Part shown: positions 52,182 to 60,945 of the stretch, one piece after another
How the letters are laid out: each line of letters opens with the position of its first letter
How positions within the stretch are numbered: the stretch's first letter is position 1
DNA from: an uncultured delta proteobacterium
Lineage (GTDB): Bacteria > Myxococcota_A > Polyangia > Fen-1088
Reading direction: 5' to 3'
Length of the DNA: 64,000 nucleotides
Assembly (NCBI GenBank): GCA_963796685.1
Contig: CAWCMR010000025.1
Span: forward strand, 224,001 to 288,000
Program-made: the position numbers and the translations under genes
The notes under the pieces: generated by a model
What the model was told of the DNA's origin: nothing
Database searches by the model: none
What the model saw: only the letters and a program-made list of their open reading frames with translations

Positions 52182-53325
52182 TTACGCGCTCTCACGGATG
52201 GCGACCGGCAAACGGCGGTTGCCCCACGTGCCGGGCAGACCGTCGAAGCGACCCACGCACTTCGTTCCGCACGACTTGCAACTCCCGGTCTCCGTCAGTG
52301 CCCACGTGGTGACTTCGTAACCGTGGCGGCCGATGAGCCTTTCGCCGCAGCCGGTGCAGAACGTGGTTTCACCCTCGTCGTCGCGCAAATTGCCGATGTA
52401 GACGTGGCGCAGACCGTTGCCGAGCGCGATGGCGCGCGCCCGCCGCAACGTCGCAAGCGGCGTCGCGGGGTGGTCGAGCAGACGAAAATCGGGATGAAAG
52501 GCCGTGAAGTGCAGCGGAACCTCGGCGCCGAGATTGGCGACCAGCCAGCGGGTCATTGCGTCCAGCTCTGCGTCGCCGTCGTTTTCCCCGGGGATGAGCA
52601 AGGTCGTGATCTCGAGCCAGACCCCGGTCTTCGCGCGCAAGTACACCAGGGTATCGAGAACGCGGTGGAGCTTCCCCTTGGAGAAGCTCGCGATAAAAGC
52701 GCTCCGAAAAGCCCTTCAGATCCACGTTGGCCGCATCGATGTGCCGGTAAAACTCCTCGCGCGGCGCCGGCATCATATATCCCGCCGTCACCGCGACGGT
52801 CCGTACGTCGAGCCGGTGGCAAGCGTCGGCCACGTCGACCGCGTACTCGAAGAACACCACCGGATCGTTGTAGGTCATGGCCACGCTCCGGCAGCCCCGG
52901 CGCACCGCCGCGGCCGCAATGGCGTCGGGGGTGGCGCTGTCGCTCATGGCCTCCACGTCGCGCGCGCGGCTGGTCTCCCAGTTCTGGCAGAACTTGCACA
53001 TCAGGTTGCACCCCGCGGTGCCGAAGGACAGCACGGGCGTGCCTGGCAAAAAGTGAAACAGGGGCTTCTTCTCGATGGGATCGATGCAGAACCCGGTCGA
53101 CCGTCCATAGCTCGTCAGAACAATTTCGCCATCGCGACAGGCGCGCACGAAGCACACGCCGCGCTGGCCTTCTTGCAAGCGGCAGGCGCGTGGACACATC
53201 TCGCACACCGTGCGTCCGTCGTCGTCGCGACGGAAGTAGCGCGTCGCTATCGTGTGGCTGTCGAGATCCGCGCGAACATCGTTCCCGTCTCCGCGCAAGC
53301 CGGCGAGCTTTCTTTCCGCTCCCAT
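52182..53325 (-). CDS. amrS: AmmeMemoRadiSam system radical SAM enzyme, with one +1 frameshift near 52685
   Basis: CEMCPRACRL..GQRGVCFVR, IDPIEKKPLFHFLPG, CNLMCKFCQNW, TYNDP, NVDLKGF; second frame LEITTLLIPGEND, PLHFTAFHP, two C-terminal CxxC. Confidence 0.88.
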
Positions 53326-53379
53326 GATGAACCCGCGCCAAGTATGGCACGGGCGGCAGGGTTGGCCTGCGGGACTTGG

Positions 53380-54660
53380 CTATGGACAGCTCCCGGTCCT
53401 GCACGCGCCCGACAGGCATGTTCCCGCGCCCCCCGTGATAGAGCCGCAGCAGGGCTGACCCGGTCCACCGCAGGCTACGCAGCTCGACTGTGCGCCCGGC
53501 CCGACCGCGGTCTGGCAGTTGAGGCCGGCAAAACAAGTGGCCGTACCTCCGGTGGTGGTATTGGGGCAACAGGGTTGCTCGGCTCCGCCACAAGCCACAC
53601 AAGTCGCCTGACCACCGATCCCGGGTGCGGTCTGACAGAGGGTATTCGGTGCCGTGCAGCGGCTATTGACGCAGCATGGATCTCCAAGGCCGCCGCAGGC
53701 CCCACAGGCGCCCGCCGAGCAGGTGTAGGTGATGCTGGGGCTGCACGCCAATCCCGCAGCCTTGCACGTCGCGGTGCCGCTACCAGTCGGCTGGGCGATG
53801 CAGCACCCGCCATCGAGACAGAGATTTCCCGGGCAGCACGGGTCGCCGTTGCCTCCACAGGCGGCGCAGGTCGTCGAGGTCGGGAACGTGGTGGTCTGGC
53901 AGATCGTGTTGGCGGCCGTGCAGCTGGAGCTCGTGCAGCACGTTCCGTTGGCGCCGCCACACGTGCCGCACGCCCCGTTGGCGCAGATCCCCGAGAAGGG
54001 GCTGGGACAGGTCTTTCCGCTGGCGACGCACACGCCGTTCGCGCAGCACCCATTGTTCGAGCAGACATTGCCCGCACAGCAAAATTGCCCGGATCCACCA
54101 CAGGAAGACGCCGGGGGAGCATCGCTGCCGGTCTCCGGGCCCATCGCACTGTCTCTTTCGTCCGCGCCGCCATCCGCCGCCGAGTCGTCCGCCACGATGG
54201 CATCCTGTGGGGCGTCGGCCACGCCAGGGACGTCCAGCGCGGTCCCATCCGCGTCCGAGGCGACGCGTGAATCGTCGCGGGTCCCCTCGGCGTCCACCTC
54301 CAAGGCTGGCGCCAGATCGCCCGCAACATCCTCGCCTGGTTCCGCCGCCCGAGATTCGGCGTCATCCGACGACGCAAGAGCCGGCTCGTCGGCGGGGGTG
54401 TCGTGCTCGGAGGGGAGGCTGGTATCGTTCTCGATGACCACGGTATCAGCCGGGACCTCGGCCACGTCCCGGGTGTCGGCGCCCACGGTGGCGCCATCGA
54501 GCGGGCCGTCGGCGTGATCCGCAGTCGTACTTGCATCCTGGTTGGGCGTACCGCGCAGCTTGCCGGCATCGAAGGAGCACCCTGCCCAACCGGCCACGAC
54601 GACGATCAAGAGCCACTTGGGCTGGGACAGCCACATGCACAGCGGCACTGCCCTCTTCAT
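53380..54660 (-). CDS. Lipoprotein with Asp-rich linker and 6 CGGxGQPCC-type repeats
   Basis: Lipobox WAGC; repeats CGGSGQFCC, CGGANGTCC, CGGNGDPCC, CGGLGDPCC, CGGAEQPCC, CGGPGQPCC. Confidence 0.8.
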   Translation of the reverse strand: MKRAVPLCMWLSQPKWLLIVVVAGWAGCSFDAGKLRGTPNQDASTTADHADGPLDGATVGADTRDVAEVPADTVVIENDTSLPSEHDTPADEPALASSDDAESRAAEPGEDVAGDLAPALEVDAEGTRDDSRVASDADGTALDVPGVADAPQDAIVADDSAADGGADERDSAMGPETGSDAPPASSCGGSGQFCCAGNVCSNNGCCANGVCVASGKTCPSPFSGICANGACGTCGGANGTCCTSSSCTAANTICQTTTFPTSTTCAACGGNGDPCCPGNLCLDGGCCIAQPTGSGTATCKAAGLACSPSITYTCSAGACGACGGLGDPCCVNSRCTAPNTLCQTAPGIGGQATCVACGGAEQPCCPNTTTGGTATCFAGLNCQTAVGPGAQSSCVACGGPGQPCCGSITGGAGTCLSGACRTGSCP

Positions 54661-54662
54661 GG

Positions 54663-55658
54663 CTAGAACCGCAGCCCTCCGGCAAATCCGACCGTTTCAC
54701 CGGCCATGGGCACCACGGTGACGGGATGGCCTTCGACAAAGAAAAGGATCCCCGCCGTGACCGCCGAGACCCCGGCCAGGGCCCACATCGCGTTCGCGAC
54801 ATTCCGGCGCGTGGCCACCGCGCTGATGTCGCTTTCGCTGCAACCTGGCTGGTTCGGACTGGCGCTGCCGCAGGTCTTTTCCAGGCTGTCGTACTTCGAT
54901 TGCATGGCAAGGCCGGCCGTGACGGCGCCAGCGCCGAAGAGAACGGCAGAGCCGGCGGCCACCCAGGTCCAGGTGCGCCCCATCCACCAGCCTGCGGAGG
55001 ATTCGGCTGGCTTGACTTCCCGGTTGGCCGACCTCGTCTCTTCGGACGACAGATCGACTCGTCCCGCCGGCTGCACGGTGCGGGATGGCCGTGGAGCAAC
55101 GACTTCTTCCGGTGCCTGCAGGACCAGGCGAACGGGCAGTACCTCGCCCACGCGAACCTCGACGTTCTCGATGGCGGGCGGATAGTTCCAGTGGCGTGCG
55201 GTTACCTGGTGCCGGCCTGGCGTTGCCCACAAGAGCTTGGTCAGCGGCGTCAGTCCGACATCCCTGCCGTCGAGGCTGATGGTCGCGTTTTCGATTGGGC
55301 ATTCGACCCGAAGTCGTCCCAGCTTCATCTGCAGCTCGTCCACCGACCTCCGGGCCTCTTCGATGGTCTCGGGCGCGGCATCTCCGGCACCGATCAAGAA
55401 CTGCTCGAAGGCCTCCAGGGCTTCCGCCGGACGGCCAAGGTCGCGATTGGCCTGTCCGATGTTGAAGAGCAGCTTGGGCGAATCGTAGGCCGCGAAGGCT
55501 TGTTTGAATTTTTCGAGCGCATCGGCGTAATCCCCCTTCTCGTACAAGGCCGAGCCCTCGGTGAGCAACGATTGAGCCTTGGCCTTGGCCTCCGTGTTGG
55601 TGGCCGGATCGGAAGACTGCGCGAGCAAACCTAGCAAGAGGAGAAAAGTCGTGTGCAT
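54663..55658 (-). CDS. TPR + PEGA domain exported protein with C-terminal hydrophobic hairpin and beta-tail
   Basis: AKAQSLLTEGSALYEKGDYADALEKF, LLFNIGQ; PEGA GRLRVEC..NATISLDG..VGLTPL..PGRHQV; ends PMAGETVGFAGGLRF. Confidence 0.85.
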   Translation of the reverse strand: MHTTFLLLLGLLAQSSDPATNTEAKAKAQSLLTEGSALYEKGDYADALEKFKQAFAAYDSPKLLFNIGQANRDLGRPAEALEAFEQFLIGAGDAAPETIEEARRSVDELQMKLGRLRVECPIENATISLDGRDVGLTPLTKLLWATPGRHQVTARHWNYPPAIENVEVRVGEVLPVRLVLQAPEEVVAPRPSRTVQPAGRVDLSSEETRSANREVKPAESSAGWWMGRTWTWVAAGSAVLFGAGAVTAGLAMQSKYDSLEKTCGSASPNQPGCSESDISAVATRRNVANAMWALAGVSAVTAGILFFVEGHPVTVVPMAGETVGFAGGLRF

Positions 55659-55659
55659 G

Positions 55660-57144
55660 TCACAGTTCTTTGATGATCGTCCGTTTGACCGTGGGTTGAG
55701 GTGAGCGCGCGGGCCGGCCGGTTTCGTGGCCGTGAAGCAACTCTGGCGACGGCGCTGGCGTTTTGCCTTTCTTGCGCTTGTCGCCGGTCACGTCCCCTTC
55801 GAATGGATCCTCGGCTTTTGCCATCTGTGCCTTCTTGGATCTGGCTCTGCCTGCGGTTCCCCTCGTCGGCGTTTCGACCAGCTTCGGTGTCTCGGCTGCG
55901 TGCGGCGGGGGTGCCGGCGTCGTCGGCAGCGGCGAAATCGGTGGCAACGTGACGACGGAAGGCCGAACCGGGGCCTCCGCGGTGCCAATCGACGGTGGCC
56001 GAGGACGGAGCAAGAAGACGGCACCGGCCAGCAACAAAGCACCCGCCAACACGGCCATGGCGTAGAGGGGCCTCAGACCGATTCTCGACCAGTTCCTCGT
56101 CGGAATCTGATCGGTCATCTCGCCGGCGGTGCGCGAGAAAGTGGTGAGGTGCCTTGGGGTGCGCGCCTTGGTCTCCGCCGCCACGGTCGCGGCCAAGTCC
56201 GGCCGCGCTGGAGCACTCGCGCTCGACAGCGAAGAATGCGACAGCATCACCGGCAGCGGGGTCAGATCGGCGGGCCGCCCCAAGGCCGCTGTCTCGAAGG
56301 CGTGGGCAAACTCGCGAATCGATGGAAAGCGATCCCGAGGGGATTTCGACAGGGCTCGCAACAACACCGCCTCGGCCTCTGGCGCCAGACCGGGCACGCG
56401 CAGCAACAGCGATTGCGGCTGCAGGTTCATGACCTGGTAGAAGAGCGCCGTGACGTCGTCCGCCACGAACGGGGTATGGCCGCACAGCATTTCCCACGTA
56501 ATGCAGGCCAGCGCCCACTGATCCACGGGATGGTCGATCTCGTCGGTCTTGCCCGAGGCCTGCTCGGGCGACATGTAGTTCGGCGTGCCCAGCGCAACCG
56601 CTGCCTTGGTGAGCTTGACTCCCGCCGCCTTCACCTTCGAGATGCCGAAATCGAGCACCTTCACGAACTCGAGCTCGCCTGGAACATTGAGGAGAAAGAT
56701 ATTCGCCGGCTTGAGATCCCGGTGCACGATACCCTGGGCGTGCGCCGCGGCCAGCGCCGAGGCGGTCTGCTTGGTGATGTGGACCGCCAGATCGATGGCC
56801 AGGGAGCCACGACGGCCCAGCCGCTGGTCCAAGTCCTCACCGTCGAGGAATTCCATCACCAAGTAAGGCTCGCCGGCTTCGGAAGCGCCGAAATCGACGA
56901 CGTTCACCAGGTGGGGATGCCCGAGCCGCGAGGTGATCTCGGCCTCGCGACGGAATCGGGCCAGCGCATCCTGGTTGGCGGTCAACTGGCGCGCCATCAG
57001 CTTGACGGCCACGCGCTTGTTGAGACGAAGCTGGATCGCCTCGTACACGGCGCCCATGCCACCTTCGCCGATGAGACGCGTAATGCGGTACGCGCCTTCG
57101 AGGACGGTGCCTAGGCGTGTGTCCCACTGGGTCTCAGCCGGCAT
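55660..57144 (-). CDS. Eukaryotic-like (Hanks) Ser/Thr protein kinase with TM helix and Pro-rich extracytoplasmic tail
   Basis: IGEGGMGAVY, VAVK, HRDLKPANIF, DFG, GTPNYMSPEQ; TM LYAMAVLAGALLLAGAVFLL. Confidence 0.95.
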   Translation of the reverse strand: MPAETQWDTRLGTVLEGAYRITRLIGEGGMGAVYEAIQLRLNKRVAVKLMARQLTANQDALARFRREAEITSRLGHPHLVNVVDFGASEAGEPYLVMEFLDGEDLDQRLGRRGSLAIDLAVHITKQTASALAAAHAQGIVHRDLKPANIFLLNVPGELEFVKVLDFGISKVKAAGVKLTKAAVALGTPNYMSPEQASGKTDEIDHPVDQWALACITWEMLCGHTPFVADDVTALFYQVMNLQPQSLLLRVPGLAPEAEAVLLRALSKSPRDRFPSIREFAHAFETAALGRPADLTPLPVMLSHSSLSSASAPARPDLAATVAAETKARTPRHLTTFSRTAGEMTDQIPTRNWSRIGLRPLYAMAVLAGALLLAGAVFLLRPRPPSIGTAEAPVRPSVVTLPPISPLPTTPAPPPHAAETPKLVETPTRGTAGRARSKKAQMAKAEDPFEGDVTGDKRKKGKTPAPSPELLHGHETGRPARSPQPTVKRTIIKEL

Positions 57145-57392
57145 GACTCGACCATTGCTCCGTTCGATCGTCAGACTTCTCTTTGCGGTAAGCGTTGAGC
57201 CGCTCCGGTGCGTAGCGGCTCTCTTGAGCATAACACGTCTCGGGTACCTCCAGCGACAAGGCCGCGTTCCAGACCTTCCACGGGTGCGCCATGCGTCCGC
57301 GGCTCTGCTCCAACCAGTCAAGCACAACCAGGTGTGGACAGGCCACACATGTCGGCGCCTGTTCCCCGCGCGGAACCGAGGTAAAGTAGGGC

Positions 57393-58229
57393 ATGCGCAC
57401 GCGGAACCCAGCCTTTGCCGGCATGTTCTATTCGGACAAGCCTCAGGAGCTTGCCGCGGCCGTGAAGGGTTTCGTCGCCGAGGCCGCGCCGCCCGCCAAG
57501 CTTGAGCCTGCCAAGGCCGTGGTCGCACCCCACGCGGGTTACATCTACTCCGGTCCTGTCGCCGGCAGCGCCTACGCGTCATTGAGTGGGTGGACCGGGT
57601 GGACCGCGCAGGCCGCGCGCGCAAGCCAAGTCGAGCGAGTCGTCTTGCTTGGCCCTTCGCACCGGGTGGCCTTCGCCGGCGTGGCGACCAGCGGCGCGGA
57701 GGTTTTCGAAACTCCCATCGGCCCGGTCGCGGTCGATCGAGAGGCCGTCGCCTCGCTCGTCCACAGCGGGCTCGCACGCGAATTCGAGGCCGCGCACGCG
57801 AACGAGCACAGCCTGGAAGTCCAATTGCCTTTCCTCAAGCAGATTTTTCCCGAGGCACGCGTGGTGCCGCTCTTGGCCGGGGACGACGACTGGCGCGCCG
57901 CCGAACGGGCTCTGGATGCGCTCTGGGGGGGCGACGAAACCGCCGTCGTGGTCAGCTCCGATCTCAGCCACTACCACGACTACGCGACGGCGCGGAAGAT
58001 CGACGCCCACACCGCCGAGACCGTGGAACGCCTTGCGGCCGGCGAGGTAAACCACGAGCAGGCCTGCGGGGCCACCGGCGTCAACGCCCTTCTGGCGATG
58101 GCCGCGAAGAAGATGCTGGCGTGTACGATCTTGGATCTGCGCAATTCCGGCGACACCGCGGGTCCGAGAAATCGCGTGGTAGGCTATGGTGCTTTCGCCT
58201 TCGGCGTGCGCGCAGCTTCCCTGCAGTAG
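57393..58229 (+). CDS. amrB: AmmeMemoRadiSam system protein B (MEMO1 family)
   Basis: RNPAFAGMFY, PHAGYIYSG, LLGPSH, EHSLEVQLPFL, SSDLSHY, ACG, NSGDT..VVGYGA. Confidence 0.93.
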   Translation: MRTRNPAFAGMFYSDKPQELAAAVKGFVAEAAPPAKLEPAKAVVAPHAGYIYSGPVAGSAYASLSGWTGWTAQAARASQVERVVLLGPSHRVAFAGVATSGAEVFETPIGPVAVDREAVASLVHSGLAREFEAAHANEHSLEVQLPFLKQIFPEARVVPLLAGDDDWRAAERALDALWGGDETAVVVSSDLSHYHDYATARKIDAHTAETVERLAAGEVNHEQACGATGVNALLAMAAKKMLACTILDLRNSGDTAGPRNRVVGYGAFAFGVRAASLQ

Positions 58230-58268
58230 GAGGGGGCGAATCGCGACGGTCCGGTGTAGCATGCCAGC

Positions 58269-59279
58269 GTGAATCCGACGCGAAGCGTGTCGATGGTGGT
58301 CCCCTGCTACAATGAGGCAGAGTCCCTCCCCCACCTCCTGCCCAAGCTGGACGCCGCCGTCGCCGGTCTGCGCGAGCGTGGGGTCGAGGCCGAGGTCATT
58401 CTGGTCGACGACGGAAGCCACGATCAATCGCCGACCCTAATGCGCGAAGCAACCCTCACCCGGCCCTACCTGAAGACCATCCATCTCGCTCGCAATTTCG
58501 GCCAGACCGCGGCCATGGCCGCCGGGTTCGATGCCGCCCGGCACGAGGTGGTGGTTCCGCTCGACGCCGATCTCCAAAACGATCCCTCCGACGTTGTCAC
58601 CCTGCTCGACAAGCTGGACCAGGGCTTCGATGTGGTTTCCGGTTGGAGACGCCGGCGCAAGGACGTGCTCGTCACGCGCAAGATCCCGTCGTGGATCGCC
58701 AACGCCATCATCTCGGCGGCATCCGGCGTTCGCTTGCACGACTACGGTTGCACGCTCAAGGCCTACCGTCGCTTCGTCCTGCAAGGCGTGCACCTCTATG
58801 GCGAGATGCACAGGTTCATCCCCATCTACGCCGCCCAGCGCGGGGCGCGCGTGGCCGAGGTCGAGGTGGCGCATCACCAGCGTCAATACGGCGAAACCAA
58901 GTACGGACTGCGGCGCATCCCCAACGTACTTCTCGACCTGACCCTGTCGCAGATGCTGTGGAAATACGGCACCAAACCCATGCACCTGTTCGGCAAGTTC
59001 GGCCTGCTCAGCATGGGACTGTCCATTCTCTTCTTCTTGATCATGGTCTGGTACAAGTTCTGGGGCGGCAAGGACTTCGTGGCCACGCCCCTGCCCCACC
59101 TGACCGTGATGTCGTTTCTCGTGGGCTGTCTCTCGATCTTGATGGGCCTTCTGGCCGAGATGACCATGCGCACCTACTACGAGTCCTCGCAGACCGCGAC
59201 CTACGTGGTGCGCGAGATCTGCACCCACGGCGAGTCGATGGACATGAGCGAAACCCCGGCGCCGGTCGCACGCCCATGA
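58269..59279 (+). CDS. GT2 glycosyltransferase (polyprenol-phosphate glycosyltransferase, DPM/ArnC-like)
   Basis: VVPCYNE, VDDGSHD, RNFGQTAAMAAG, DADLQNDP, DYGCTLKAYRR, two C-terminal TM helices. Confidence 0.92.
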   Translation: MNPTRSVSMVVPCYNEAESLPHLLPKLDAAVAGLRERGVEAEVILVDDGSHDQSPTLMREATLTRPYLKTIHLARNFGQTAAMAAGFDAARHEVVVPLDADLQNDPSDVVTLLDKLDQGFDVVSGWRRRRKDVLVTRKIPSWIANAIISAASGVRLHDYGCTLKAYRRFVLQGVHLYGEMHRFIPIYAAQRGARVAEVEVAHHQRQYGETKYGLRRIPNVLLDLTLSQMLWKYGTKPMHLFGKFGLLSMGLSILFFLIMVWYKFWGGKDFVATPLPHLTVMSFLVGCLSILMGLLAEMTMRTYYESSQTATYVVREICTHGESMDMSETPAPVARP

Positions 59280-59395
59280 TTGGTGGGGTGGCACGCGTCC
59301 CGAAACACGGCGCATTGTTCCGTCAAGTTCATGAACCATTCCTACGAGGTAGCTGCTACTGGGTGGCTATGAGTATCTGCCCACATCGGAGGAAC

Positions 59396-60787
59396 ATGAG
59401 ACTTCAACCCACCCGTCTGCCCTGGAGCTTGTTGCTACTACTTGGTGTCGTGAGCGTAGGCCTCTGGGCCTGCAGCCAATCGAGCAGCAGCGGCGGCGGC
59501 CACACCGGGGGGACCACCGGTTCATCAGGGGGCTCTGGCGGCACGGCCTCAGGAGGCACCAGCGGTGGTTCCGGCGGCACCACCAGCTCGGGTGGAACCA
59601 CCGCTTCTGGCGGCACGACCGGCGCTGGCGGAACCGTTGCAGCCGGTGGAGCGAAGGGCGCGGGCGGAGTTCAGGGAACCGGAGGCACGAAAATCCCGGG
59701 CTCGGGAGGCAGTGGTTCAGGTGGCAGCAGCGCCGGCTCGGGTGGTAGCTCCATGGGTACTGGCGGAGAGGCTGGCGGTGGCGGAAGCAACGCGACCGGC
59801 GGTGCCAACGCCTCCGGCGGCGTCAACTCAACCGGCGGCGTCAACGCGACCGGCGGCGTCAACGCGACCGGCGGCGTCAACGCAACCGGCGGCATGTCGG
59901 GCGCAGGTGGACAAAATACGGGTGCGGGAGGAAGCTCGCAATCCACAGCCTGCCCGTCGACCGTGTTGAAATCGGGCGATACGACGGTATCGCTGCAGGT
60001 GGGCACAGCGCAACGCTCCTATATTTTGCACGTTCCCTCGGCATACAAAGGCACCACGGCAGTACCTCTCGTTGTGGACTTCCATCCCATCACGGGCACG
60101 GACACAGGGGAAGAAGGAGGTTCCCCCTTCAAGGCGCTGACCGATCCCGAGGGTGTCATCACGGCGTATCCGCAGGGAGAAAGCGGCCCGATCGGCGCTG
60201 CGTGGAACGTTGGGCCCTGCTGTGTGGCCAACGTCGACGACGTGGCATTTGCCAAGGCCCTCGTCGCCCAAGTCGAGACCAAAGCGTGCATCGATACCAA
60301 GCGCGTATACGCCGTTGGTTTCTCGATGGGCGGCGGCATGTCCCACTACATTGCTTGCCACGGGGCGGATATCTTCGCTGCCGTCGCCCCCACCGCCTTC
60401 GATCTCCTCGGGACCTCATCGGACATCTCGACGGGAAACGTGGCCGATTGCAAACCGACGCGTCCGATCCCGGTGCTCTCGTTCCGAGGCACACAGGACA
60501 CCACCGCTCTCTACAACGGTGGGGATTCGAATGTGGTGCCTGGCATGTCGATATACTTCCTCGGCGCAGAGGCCTGCTGGAAGCAATGGGCGCAGATCGA
60601 CGGGTGCACGGACACGCCGACCTATCCTGCGACTCCGAATAGCGACGTGTACAACTGCGCCTATTACAAGCAGTGCCAGGGTGGTGTCCAAGTGGGCGTT
60701 TGCATCAACAACTACAAGCACGCGTACGCAAGTGCGGCTGGCGCCCAGACCGGTTGGACGTTCCTCAAGCAATTCACCCTTCCGTAG
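59396..60787 (+). CDS. Lipoprotein with Gly/Thr linker and LpqC/CE1-like alpha/beta-hydrolase (esterase)
   Basis: GGAGG RBS; lipobox LWAC; RSYILHVP, PLVVDFH, AWNVGPCC, DDVAF, GFSMGG nucleophile elbow. Confidence 0.85.
   Translation: MRLQPTRLPWSLLLLLGVVSVGLWACSQSSSSGGGHTGGTTGSSGGSGGTASGGTSGGSGGTTSSGGTTASGGTTGAGGTVAAGGAKGAGGVQGTGGTKIPGSGGSGSGGSSAGSGGSSMGTGGEAGGGGSNATGGANASGGVNSTGGVNATGGVNATGGVNATGGMSGAGGQNTGAGGSSQSTACPSTVLKSGDTTVSLQVGTAQRSYILHVPSAYKGTTAVPLVVDFHPITGTDTGEEGGSPFKALTDPEGVITAYPQGESGPIGAAWNVGPCCVANVDDVAFAKALVAQVETKACIDTKRVYAVGFSMGGGMSHYIACHGADIFAAVAPTAFDLLGTSSDISTGNVADCKPTRPIPVLSFRGTQDTTALYNGGDSNVVPGMSIYFLGAEACWKQWAQIDGCTDTPTYPATPNSDVYNCAYYKQCQGGVQVGVCINNYKHAYASAAGAQTGWTFLKQFTLP
59780..59887 (+). 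repeat. In-frame 18-bp tandem repeat x6 (GG-x-N-x-T/S)
   Basis: GGCGGCGTCAACGCGACC-like units encoding GGSNAT GGANAS GGVNST GGVNAT GGVNAT GGVNAT. Confidence 0.85.
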
Positions 60788-60833
60788 CTCGCGCATAGCA
60801 TCGAGCACGAAGACTTCTCCCAACAGCACGCTC

Positions 60834-60854
60834 GGGGTGGGCGCCACCCACCCC
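60834..60854. terminator. GC-rich hairpin between convergent genes
   Basis: GGGGTGGG-CGCCA-CCCACCCC; no clear U-tract. Confidence 0.4.
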
Positions 60855-60945
60855 TGCCCTGTATCTGTGATCGCAGACCTCTACAGAAGCGCTGGGGATT
60901 CCAGTGGCTGTCGGAGGCGCGTTCGGCGTCAGGCTGCGTCCCGCA

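Noticed and set aside
49438-52320. 960-aa plus-strand Arg-rich ORF
   Set aside because: Alternative frame over the heme protein; Arg/Ala/Pro-rich composition typical of off-frame GC-rich sequence.
57588-57605. 9-bp duplication GGGTGGACC x2 in amrB (similar micro-duplications at about 2543 and 6490)
   Set aside because: In-frame slippage events in probable loop regions with no evidence of function.
58643-59395. N-terminal extension of the esterase ORF
   Set aside because: Overlaps the GT2 gene out of frame; RBS and lipoprotein signal support ATG 59396.
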